Below, one piece after another: positions 14,455 to 22,700 of a stretch of 45,663 bases of DNA. The stretch is taken from positions 1 through 45,663 of IMG/VR virus record IMGVR_UViG_3300048597_000147; one strand, given 5' to 3'. A model generated the notes under the pieces. It made no database searches and was not told where the DNA came from. It worked only from the letters and a program-made list of their open reading frames with translations. How positions within the stretch are numbered: the first letter of the stretch is position 1; the number at the start of each line of letters is the position of its first letter. Made by a program: the position numbers and the translations under genes. The stretch comes from a virus.

Positions 14455-14721
14455 GTGGGCAAACGCTATTTCAGTTTCGGCGGTGGTGTTCAGTCGATGG
14501 CCGTGTTGGTTCTGCAGTCGCAGGGCAAGGTTCAGTATGACGAGTTCTTGTTCGCCAACGTGGGACACGATAGCGAGAACCCGGCGACCATTCAGTACAT
14601 CGAGGAGTACGCTAGGCCATTCGCAGAGGAGTTCAACATTCCCTTGGTAGAACTCCAGTTCATGCGCCAGCGGTTGGGGGAGCCGGAGGAGACCTGCGAC
14701 ACGGGGCATTGTTTCGTATGA
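14455..14721 (+). CDS. PP-loop (PAPS-reductase-like) N-terminal fragment, 88 aa
   Basis: KRYFSFGGGVQSMAVLVL matches the SGGxDS-type PP-loop. The protein ends after about 90 aa, whereas family members are about 230-260 aa. AGGAAGG lies before GTG 14455. ATGA overlap with the next gene. Confidence 0.5.
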   Translation: MGKRYFSFGGGVQSMAVLVLQSQGKVQYDEFLFANVGHDSENPATIQYIEEYARPFAEEFNIPLVELQFMRQRLGEPEETCDTGHCFV

Positions 14722-15017
14722 GCGACTATCACAAGCGGTGGGCACTGGACCGGCTGCGGGAGTCGAGGGATGGGGAAACCATGCACCACGACAACGGCCG
14801 CCAGATTGTCCACCTGGCGGGGCAAGCAGAGACCGAAGTGCTGGCGTTCCACCTGGACCTGACTACGGGCGAGAAGCGGTACTACAAGGTCACGGCCGAT
14901 GGTAAGCGGGAATGGCTGGACAAGCCGAAGCCGCCAGCCCTCGGAGACAAGACCGTAGCGCAGCCCAAGGCGAAGCGGGTGAAAGTCGCAGCAGAAAGGG
15001 GATTCTGGAATGACTGA
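14718..15017 (+). CDS. Hypothetical protein (99 aa)
   Basis: ATG 14718 overlaps the upstream stop. Lys-rich C-terminus. Confidence 0.55.
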   Translation: MSDYHKRWALDRLRESRDGETMHHDNGRQIVHLAGQAETEVLAFHLDLTTGEKRYYKVTADGKREWLDKPKPPALGDKTVAQPKAKRVKVAAERGFWND

Positions 15018-15107
15018 TATGTTCTACGGTCTGGACCCCGCCGAGGTACTGGCGGCCGTGTCGCTGGTTTGTACTATTATCGCTGGCCTACTAATGAGGA
15101 GTTGAAG

Positions 15108-15869
15108 ATGGAATACCTAGAGAGAGTGAGCAAGAGCCGTCAGTTGTTGGAGGGGAAGTTCCCCTACCCGGCCGGGCGTCAGTGCATCCGCTATGCCATC
15201 CAAGAAATGGCCGAGTACGATGATGCCTTGATGCGCCTCATGGAACCCGAGCACAAGCGCAACAACGAGCGCACGCCGGACCATCGCAAGGAACTTGGTC
15301 AAGCTATTTACATGGCGGCGAGTGCGCTGCTGCTGCTGCCCAAGGAGTACGAGGTTAGGCCGACCATCGCCTTATCCCTGAACACGGAGGAAACGTTCGG
15401 GATGGTAGTTCACCACCTAGGGCTAGCCTTGACGTACTCTGACGGTTTCCTATTCTATATTTCGGCAGACGTGCAGTATGCCCTGTCTTACATGCGACAG
15501 CTTTGCACTCGCAGAGGTTGGGACATTGACCTACTGGTAGAGGAGACCTGTCAGGAGTTCGAGCGCAAGTGGGGCGCTGAGGGCTGCGGTCTGGTGTTCA
15601 AGTGTGCTTGTGGTGCAACGGGGTGCGATGCTCACGCAGAGGTCAAGGCCCTGGCGAACCGGGAATACAGTGTTACCATCGACTTCGATGGGGCAGCAGT
15701 CACCGAGGTTGTGACTGCCGACAAGTTCCCCAAGATGGTATACGCCACCGTGTTCGAAAACGGCAACCAGGGTTTTTTTGTGGACGATGGCGAGAACTAC
15801 GGTTCTATCGCCCTGGTCACTGAGGACATGAAGCGATTGCGCCAGTTCATGGGGGTGCAAGATGCGTAG
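15108..15869 (+). CDS. Hypothetical protein (253 aa); N-terminus weakly MazG-like all-alpha
   Basis: GAGGAG lies 6 nt before ATG 15108. IRYAIQEMAEYDDAL...RKELGQAIYM loosely resembles NTP-pyrophosphohydrolase helices. This similarity is not verified. Confidence 0.55.
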   Translation: MEYLERVSKSRQLLEGKFPYPAGRQCIRYAIQEMAEYDDALMRLMEPEHKRNNERTPDHRKELGQAIYMAASALLLLPKEYEVRPTIALSLNTEETFGMVVHHLGLALTYSDGFLFYISADVQYALSYMRQLCTRRGWDIDLLVEETCQEFERKWGAEGCGLVFKCACGATGCDAHAEVKALANREYSVTIDFDGAAVTEVVTADKFPKMVYATVFENGNQGFFVDDGENYGSIALVTEDMKRLRQFMGVQDA

Positions 15870-16161
15870 GCTGACGCTGGGTTGCCGCTGCGATTCCCCG
15901 ACGTGTGAGCGAGAACTGGAGGTAGTGGAAGTGTCGAAAGGTGTCTACAAGGTACGGGTCCTGACCCCCGGTAACGGGACCCGTACCGTAACAGACTACT
16001 ACGGTGGGGACAAGCTGGTAAATCTGGCCGGCGACTACGATATTCTTGACGTCCGGGATGTGATTGACGACGACCTGAGTGCAGAGTTCCATCTTGACCA
16101 GGATGTTGCGGCCCGGCTGATTGCCTTCATCGAGGAGGGGCGCCGTGAGCTTTCCATCTGA
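15862..16161 (+). CDS. Hypothetical protein (99 aa)
   Basis: Overlaps the upstream stop by 8 nt. Contains CRC..PTC. Confidence 0.55.
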   Translation: MRRLTLGCRCDSPTCERELEVVEVSKGVYKVRVLTPGNGTRTVTDYYGGDKLVNLAGDYDILDVRDVIDDDLSAEFHLDQDVAARLIAFIEEGRRELSI

Positions 16162-16585
16162 TTGGGCCGAGAAGATGGCCCGGGAGAATCCCGACCTGGC
16201 AGAGTTGAATCCCGACCTGCTCCCCGCCAGCAAGCCCAAGGCTGCGGTCATCATCCACAGCCAGCAACCAGAAGGCGACAAACTGGCGCAGGAGTTCGAG
16301 GAGTTGTGGAAGCAGGCTGACGGCCCGGAACTGGTGAAGGAACACCAGTTCCACCCGCTGCGCAAGTGGAAGTTTGACTACGCCCATCTAGACACGAAGG
16401 TTGCAATCGAGATTGAAGGCGGGGTCTGGACCAACGGGCGCCACGTTCGGGGCAGTGGGTTCATCGGGGATGCGGAGAAGTACAACACGGCCGCCATGCA
16501 CGGATGGGCAGTCATCCGCCTGGCGACGGGGATGGTAACCCGGGAAGCAGTCGAGGATATTGTTGGCTTCATCCGGGGACAGTAA
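16145..16585 (+). CDS. Vsr/DUF559-like PD-(D/E)XK endonuclease-fold protein
   Basis: FHPLRKWKFDYAHLDTKVAIEIEGGVWTNGRHVRGSGFIGDAEKYNTAAMHGWAVIRL fits the D...E-x-E/K core with a GW.V.R tail. GAGGAGGGG lies before GTG 16145. Confidence 0.55.
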   Translation: MSFPSDWAEKMARENPDLAELNPDLLPASKPKAAVIIHSQQPEGDKLAQEFEELWKQADGPELVKEHQFHPLRKWKFDYAHLDTKVAIEIEGGVWTNGRHVRGSGFIGDAEKYNTAAMHGWAVIRLATGMVTREAVEDIVGFIRGQ

Positions 16586-16645
16586 AGCGGCCGAGTGAGA
16601 ATAACAGTTATACGCGGGCAGGTGCCCGCAAAGGAGACGGACACG

Positions 16646-16906
16646 ATGGTTGGTGGAACTGTACATACGGTGTATCACAAGGACGATTACATCGAGATCG
16701 TCGTGCAGGGAGTAAGGACAGAACACAATGATTGTATCCACATCAAGGTTGTCTGGAACGATTTACCGATTCGGCGTGGCGATTCGATTTGGTGGCAGGA
16801 CCGCACAGCGTACTGGACACCACAGGACAGGAGCAGGCAGGACGTGCCGATAGACCGCATTGGCTACAGTTTCGGCTTTAGTCACACGACAGAGGCGCAG
16901 CCGTGA
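16646..16906 (+). CDS. Hypothetical protein (86 aa)
   Basis: AAGGAG lies 9 nt before ATG 16646. The track start at 16595 has no RBS. Confidence 0.5.
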   Translation: MVGGTVHTVYHKDDYIEIVVQGVRTEHNDCIHIKVVWNDLPIRRGDSIWWQDRTAYWTPQDRSRQDVPIDRIGYSFGFSHTTEAQP

Positions 16907-17136
16907 CATTCATATCATGGGGCGTATGGGTACCGGACCCCGAAGAAGATGACTTTTCCGGCGAAGCGTGCCCGCAATGCGGAATGCACGACGCGTATCC
17001 CGACACAAACGAGTTTGGGGACGGCGAACCGGGTGACGACGTTCTTTTGTATCGATGTGGAAGTTGCGGGCATACATGGTGCGAACCTGTGCTGGATTAC
17101 GAGCCGCACGCAGAGATTGAACTGAGCAACTTCTGA
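16903..17136 (+). CDS. Zinc-ribbon protein (77 aa)
   Basis: Contains CPQCG...CGSCGH. GTGA overlap with the upstream gene. Confidence 0.6.
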   Translation: MTFISWGVWVPDPEEDDFSGEACPQCGMHDAYPDTNEFGDGEPGDDVLLYRCGSCGHTWCEPVLDYEPHAEIELSNF

Positions 17137-17157
17137 TATTTCCGCGCGTAAACGGCA
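17136..17157 (+). repeat. 22-nt conserved motif ATATTTCCGCGCGTAAACGGCA, copy 1 (abuts the stop codon)
   Basis: Exact repeat of 18001-18022. A degenerate third copy (ccgtagataaacggca) lies at about 18624-18639. Confidence 0.85.
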
Positions 17158-17218
17158 GTATCAATGGAAGTAGTATATTTCAGACGATAGTAACAGTTAT
17201 CTGCGGAACGGTGAGACG

Positions 17219-18001
17219 ATGGCAAAGAGAGACGGTTTTTGGCGATGGGATAGGGGGAAGCTTGCCGAGGAGAAGGGTAGGCAGGCGTACATAAACGGAA
17301 AACCCCAATCGGCCAATCCATACAAGCGCACCTTCTGGGGATTCGGTGGCTACTGGGACTTAGGTTGGATGTTAGCGGAAGCAGATGCAAAGTGCGAGGA
17401 AAATATGAACACACAGAATGCACAGAATGCAGAGATGCTACAGCAGATTAACCAGTTCCTTGCCGCAATATCGCCACCCGACCCGGACGGCATATATTCA
17501 GTGGCAAAGGTGGACAGTAGTGTCGATCCAGTCGAACTGTACCGACAAGGGTTAGCTATGGGAAGCGGGCATGTTTGGTATGTCGGCACTGAGAAAGTGG
17601 CGACTGCCATTACTGGCAACGGCCCACGAGCGAAGGCAAATGCTGAGTTCTATGCCGCCGCCCCGGTTTTTGTTCGGTGGCTACTCGATCAACTTTCCGA
17701 GGCTACTACTCGCGCAGAAGCAGCAGAGGGACAGTTAGCCAAACTGCAACTGGATTACATTGATACCGCCAACGGCGCAGTAATGGAACGTCAGCGTGCG
17801 GAGAAGGCAGAGAAGGAGCGCGACGCATTGTTGTGGGAGAGTGACGACGGCATCTGTGGTCATTGTGGCGAGGGTGCAGTGCGAGTGAGCATCGACACAG
17901 AAGGATACCCATACGAGGTGTTTGCTGTGCGCTACTGTCCTGTTTGCCACAACGCATGGGTACGAGAAGAACCGGTAAATCCTGAGGCGTCGCAGATGTA
18001 A
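17219..18001 (+). CDS. Composite protein: Rmf/CrpP-like N-terminus, Ea22-like middle, C-terminal zinc ribbon
   Basis: GRQAYINGKPQSANPYKRTFWGFGGYWDLGWMLAEA resembles the Rmf pattern (G.QA...G....NPY......W..GW..A). ANAEFYAAAPVFVRWLLDQL resembles the Ead/Ea22-type motif. Also contains CGHCG...CPVCH. Confidence 0.6.
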   Translation: MAKRDGFWRWDRGKLAEEKGRQAYINGKPQSANPYKRTFWGFGGYWDLGWMLAEADAKCEENMNTQNAQNAEMLQQINQFLAAISPPDPDGIYSVAKVDSSVDPVELYRQGLAMGSGHVWYVGTEKVATAITGNGPRAKANAEFYAAAPVFVRWLLDQLSEATTRAEAAEGQLAKLQLDYIDTANGAVMERQRAEKAEKERDALLWESDDGICGHCGEGAVRVSIDTEGYPYEVFAVRYCPVCHNAWVREEPVNPEASQM

Positions 18002-18022
18002 TATTTCCGCGCGTAAACGGCA
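18001..18022 (+). repeat. 22-nt conserved motif ATATTTCCGCGCGTAAACGGCA, copy 2 (abuts the stop codon)
   Basis: Exact repeat of 17136-17157. Confidence 0.85.
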
Positions 18023-18046
18023 TACTCACTCGAAAGGATTGCGATC

Positions 18047-18619
18047 ATGGGAATACCGATAACTTGGTACGCTCTGGCGGCGAATACGGACGATCTGCCG
18101 CCACACAACGCACAGTATAACTACACGAGCAAGGAGGCTCCCGTCGAGGCGGACGAGTACGAACGCCAACGCCAGCGCGCCGAAACGGCAGAGGCAGCGC
18201 AAGCGGCGCTAGAGGCACGCAATGCTATGCACTCTCAACTGTGGGAACGGGTTATGGAGTTAGAGCAGAAATTATCCGCAGCCATTTCCCGCGCGGCCGA
18301 TGCGGAGAAAACAGAGGCGGCGTTTTCGCGGCTACAGTCGGAGCACTCCGACTTGATCGAGCGAAAGCGCGTGTGGGAATCGCTGCAAGAGCAGTATGCC
18401 CGTGATATGGGGGTGCTGCACAAGAATACAACGGAGCGCGACCGGCTTCGGCTGTATGCCGACAAAGCGTTGGCAATGCTGCGTTCGTTTCCTGCCAGTC
18501 GCGTTGAGAATCTGTTTTCCCCTGGTAACTACAGCCAGCGAGACGACGATGCGAGCGCAGTGGGATGGTGGCTTGCCGAAGTGCGTAGATTTTTGCAAGA
18601 CGACGTAAGGCAACCATAG
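18047..18619 (+). CDS. Coiled-coil protein (190 aa), hypothetical
   Basis: Long Ala/Glu/Arg heptad-like stretch. Last gene before the terminator. Confidence 0.65.
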   Translation: MGIPITWYALAANTDDLPPHNAQYNYTSKEAPVEADEYERQRQRAETAEAAQAALEARNAMHSQLWERVMELEQKLSAAISRAADAEKTEAAFSRLQSEHSDLIERKRVWESLQEQYARDMGVLHKNTTERDRLRLYADKALAMLRSFPASRVENLFSPGNYSQRDDDASAVGWWLAEVRRFLQDDVRQP

Positions 18620-18650
18620 TCCCGTAGATAAACGGCATTACCACTAGAGA

Positions 18651-18683
18651 CCCACGGTTGTCCACCGTGGGTTTACTTTTTCT
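18651..18683 (+). terminator. Intrinsic terminator
   Basis: CCCACGGT-tgtcc-ACCGTGGG followed by TTTACTTTTTCT. Confidence 0.8.
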
Positions 18684-18747
18684 CCAGACAGTTCACTTAT
18701 AGACAACAATCCCGACTTGAGTTAACATAAGGGTGCCAGTTTGCAGA

Positions 18748-18764
18748 AGTTTGTGCTGCCTATA
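18748..18764 (+). repeat. 17-nt motif AGTTTGTGCTGCCTATA, copy 1
   Basis: Exact repeat of 28935-28951. Both copies are preceded by GCCAGTT. This copy ends 11 nt before ATG 18776. Confidence 0.8.
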
Positions 18765-18775
18765 CGTTCGGCAGT

Positions 18776-19567
18776 ATGCAGCGACACCTAATTATTGCGC
18801 CTAAGTCTGACCTGGAGTTCGCCCATAGTGAACTCCAGCGCATCGTCAATGCAGGCTTTACGACCTGCCGCCTACTCATTGACAACGTTACCCTCCGGGC
18901 CGTGGTCGATGCGTTAGACGACCCCTACGATGTGGTGTGGTTCATTGCCCATGGCGGCAATGAGGGCATCCAGTTGGAAGATGGGGTACTTAGCCCCTCG
19001 CTTCTCATCCAACTGCTGCGACCGCATCCCCCACTACTCCTAGTCCTCAACACATGCTCATCCCTTGGGATGGGTATGCGGGCGCACCGTGCATTGCGTT
19101 GTACGGTTATCTCCACCCTCATCGACATACCGGACGTGTTGGCCTTTGTGACGGCCGCAAGCCTGGCGCAAGCCCTGGCCCGTGGTCTGTCCATCCCCGA
19201 AGCGTATGACCTTTCCCGCCCCGACGAAAATCGGGAGTATGTCATGCTTAATGGGGCAATCTCCATGAACAGCAAATCCAAGCACGACGACACTAATCGC
19301 CTGCTGGCCCGGCTGTACATGCAGATTGACGAATTGCAAGAGCAAGTAGAGGAGGTCAAGGCCAGCGTGCAGCGGCCGACGTTCTCCAAACTTGTCTATG
19401 CGCTGGCCTGGGTATTCCTCCTCGGCCCCTCTCTGTTCTTCCTCAAACTAAGGACCCTAGCGGCGGTACTGGATTCGACACAGTTCCTATGGACTGTCCT
19501 CGCCTGGACCGTGGCTGCGGTTCTGTTTGGCTATGCTCAAGGTTTATTCAAGGAGAAGTCTCAGTGA
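18776..19567 (+). CDS. Membrane-anchored minimal CHAT/caspase-fold domain protein
   Basis: VVWFIAHGGNEGIQLEDGVLSPSLL (His59) and PLLLVLNTCSSLG (Cys94) match the CHAT His/Cys dyad context, followed by DIPDVLAFVTAASLAQALARGLSIPEAY. Then come a coiled coil and two C-terminal TM helices. No Shine-Dalgarno is visible. Confidence 0.6.
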   Translation: MQRHLIIAPKSDLEFAHSELQRIVNAGFTTCRLLIDNVTLRAVVDALDDPYDVVWFIAHGGNEGIQLEDGVLSPSLLIQLLRPHPPLLLVLNTCSSLGMGMRAHRALRCTVISTLIDIPDVLAFVTAASLAQALARGLSIPEAYDLSRPDENREYVMLNGAISMNSKSKHDDTNRLLARLYMQIDELQEQVEEVKASVQRPTFSKLVYALAWVFLLGPSLFFLKLRTLAAVLDSTQFLWTVLAWTVAAVLFGYAQGLFKEKSQ

Positions 19568-19713
19568 AAGACTACATTGTAGGGGGATGGAAATCCCTAA
19601 GCGAACGTGGCCGGGCCGTGGTTGCCGTGGTCCTGCTGCTGATTCTCGGCGCCCTGTTGGGCTATACCATGTTCCTGGGTTATGACTGGTCATGGTTGAA
19701 GGACCTGCTCTAG
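19564..19713 (+). CDS. 49-aa single-TM protein (holin-like size and topology)
   Basis: AAGGAG lies 8 nt before GTG 19564. GTGA overlap with the CHAT gene. Contains AVVAVVLLLILGALLGYTMFLGY. Confidence 0.55.
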   Translation: MKDYIVGGWKSLSERGRAVVAVVLLLILGALLGYTMFLGYDWSWLKDLL

Positions 19714-22700
19714 TGCGGCGGGCGATTATCCCCCTGCTGGCCGTCCTCCTGGTTCTGACCCTCGTCGGTACTGTACTGGCGCAGTCGGCAGAGCAAGGGT
19801 GGACGGTCATCGAATCGGGGGCAGAGTTTCAAGATGGGTTCGTGGCCCTGGAAGATGTGACGGTGGACGGGCCGCTAACGCTGGCCGGTGCCATGCAGTT
19901 CGCCTCCCTTGCCACGCTGCCCGATAAACCGCAAGCGGTCACGGCAGGCGGCATAATCACGGTGACCGGCAGCCTGGTCACGCTCGATGCGCAGGAGGTT
20001 GTCACGGCGGGCGGCCTGGGGGGTGGGTCGCCTGGCGACATTGCGATTCTCACCAACAGCGGCGCCTATACCGTCACCGTCCTTGGCACTGCGTTGGGCC
20101 CGTTCGACAGTGTTGCCATGGTCTACGGGGGAACCGAGTGGCTGCGGGTCGCTACCATCACAACCGCATCACAGCCCCCGACCCCTACCCCGATTGCTAC
20201 CAACACGCCGACGCAGACGCCTACGAACACGCCGACGCAGACGCCTACGCAGACGCCTACGTTCGTGCCGACGCCTACCAACACCAGCACGCCGACGCCG
20301 GTCCCACCGGCAGCGCAGACTGGCACGTACACCACGAACGTACCCATGCTCCAGGTGTACAGCGGTGACCCCATGCTGGACTACAACAACCGCACCCTCA
20401 TTTGGGGCGGCACCATCCAGTCAACGGGATTCCCCATGCTGCGCCTGGCCGGAGCATACGACGGTTTCCGCATGACCTGGCAGTTTGCCGACAACCAGGT
20501 TGGCACAGGGGACCAGGCCACGCTGCAAATCGGTAGTGTCTACTCCACGACTGCGCCGGCGACGGGAGACCCCAACGGGTGGGAGGTCGGGTGGCGCTGT
20601 GGTATTGACGGTGGATGCCGGGGATGGCGGGCCGAAAGACGTACTACAGACTGGACGTTCTTAGGGGCAGGCAAGACCTACACCAACACGCTAGGCACGA
20701 CCTACCCCTACACTGTCACATATCGGGACTTCGACAACGGCAGCTTCACCGTCCAGCACATCATCACGGGTACGCTGCGCTTCGGCCTGCAAGACTACAG
20801 TGCTAAGAGCGTTGTCGGGCAAGTGATTACGACAACTGTCCTTTCCGCCGACGCCAGCGTTGGGGGTGGCCCCGACTGCGGCAGCGACGACTATCCCGAC
20901 TTCTTCCCCACCTGGGGGAGCCGGAACGAGGACGGGCCCACCAACTACAGTGCGCGGATCCATCTTGGAACGCACTATCAGGCCAACATTGCGCAGACGC
21001 AGGGCGACATTGCAGACTTCCCCTGCTACTCCAAGTATGCCGGGCAGTTCCCCCTTCCCAACATCGGAAGCAGTGTAGTCAACAGCGCAACCGTCACCGT
21101 CTACCAGTTCGGCAACCCCGGCTATGGCACCGGGTACGAGGACGACGGGACGAAAGAGACAGTTGTTGAAGTGGGCGAAATCTCCCCCAACTGGACTGAA
21201 CTTGGGATTACTTGGGATAACTCTCCCCGACCACGGGAGAACATCTCACGCACCCGGTTCTATCCACTGCCCGGGACGTGCAGCCCGACCCCCTACTGGT
21301 ACTGCGTGCCGCCCATCCCCTACGAGTTGGACATCACGGAGATTGTGAAGCGTGCCTATGCCAACGGGCAGACACACGCTTCTTTCCTGGCGTACACGGC
21401 AGCCGGGCAGTACCATTCCGGTAAGTTCATCTGGACCCGTGAAGCAAGCGGTAATCCTTCCTGGCCTCCTGTGGTGCGTATTGCCTACGCAGCGGCAGGG
21501 GCACCCACGCCCACGCCCACGACGCCCCCAACGGCCACGCCCACGGGTGTGCCTGGCGTGCTGGATGACTTCAACCGTACAGTCCTAGGGACCAACTGGA
21601 ACGGGCCCGGGGATGCCACGCTTGGCTATACCCTGAACAGCAACTCCCTGGTCATGGGCGGCAATAAGGCGCTGCTGTGGCAGCCGGCGACCTTCGGGGC
21701 AAATCAGCGGGTCACCGTAACCCTTGCCTACATGGACCCGGCAGCTACACATCTTGGCCTGGCCCTCAAAGCCAACAGCACCTACACCCGTATGCTCGAA
21801 GCGGAGTACGTGGTAGGTAGTGGCGTGAGGTTCTGGACCCTTGACCCCGTGTGGAACGCCAGTGCATTTGTCTCTATGACTCTTGCTGCTGGCGATGTGT
21901 GGAGCGTCGAGGCGCTGGACAATGGCGACCTGCGCACCTACAAGAACGGGGCCTACATCGGCGGCCGAACCATCACGTTCTCCGGTAACGCATCGGGCGG
22001 GATGGCCGGGGTCTACGCCTGGAACAGCGGCGCCAGCCGGGTAGACAACTTCAACGCCACCGACGTAGGGGCGCCGAATCCTGGCGCCACGGCCACGCCA
22101 ACACCCACCAACACGCCGACGCCTACGGGGGCGCCGCCAACCAACACGCCTACGGCCACGCCTACCATGACGCCACTGCCTGGCACGGCGACCCCGACGC
22201 CTACCCCTGGCCCCGGCAACACCTACTACATATCGACAACGGGGGACGACCGCAACAATGGCACGTCCCTTGCGCAAGCCTGGGGGACGTTCAACCGGGC
22301 ATGGGAAACGCTCATGCCGGGCGACACGCTGCTGATTGCCGATGGGACCTATAACCAGTCTATCGCCCCGAACCGGCGCCATGGTCTGCCCAACGCCCGC
22401 ATCACAATCAAGGCAATCAATGACGGGCAGGTAGTCATTGACTGCAACAGTGCCTTCGAGTGTACGCCTATTCAGCTAGGGGACAACCCCGGCCCTGGCG
22501 GGCCATACGGCGATTACTACCTAGTCGAAGGCATTGTAGCCCGTGAGGGGTGGCTGTACAACGTCCTGGTCAAGAGCCAGCACAACATCCTGCGCCGCAT
22601 TAGTGCATACGATACGTCCACCGACCGCAACTCACAGAGCATCCTCATCTGGAACGACTACAACGTGCTGGAAGATTCAATCTCTGCAGGGACCGGCCGC

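Noticed and set aside
16910-18665. Three minus-strand ORFs (16910-17164, 17706-18029, 18252-18665) whose translations contain the MPF(T/I)(R/Y)G motif at or near the N-terminus
   Set aside because: The shared N-terminus is simply the reverse-complement reading of the 22-nt intergenic repeat. The bodies are antisense to plus-strand genes with zinc-ribbon, Rmf-like and coiled-coil features.
20180-20300. Repetitive ACGCC(G/T)AC(G/C)CAG tracts (also 22070-22215 and 21505-21550) considered as tandem repeats or a DGR template/variable pair
   Set aside because: They encode in-frame Pro/Thr interdomain linkers. No reverse transcriptase or adenine-mismatched repeat pair exists in the genome.
21585-22382. 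265-aa minus-strand ORF inside the 1,294-aa gene
   Set aside because: Its extreme Arg/Gly/Pro composition is a mirror read of the Pro/Thr-linker coding tract. It is antisense to a gene with clear domain signatures.
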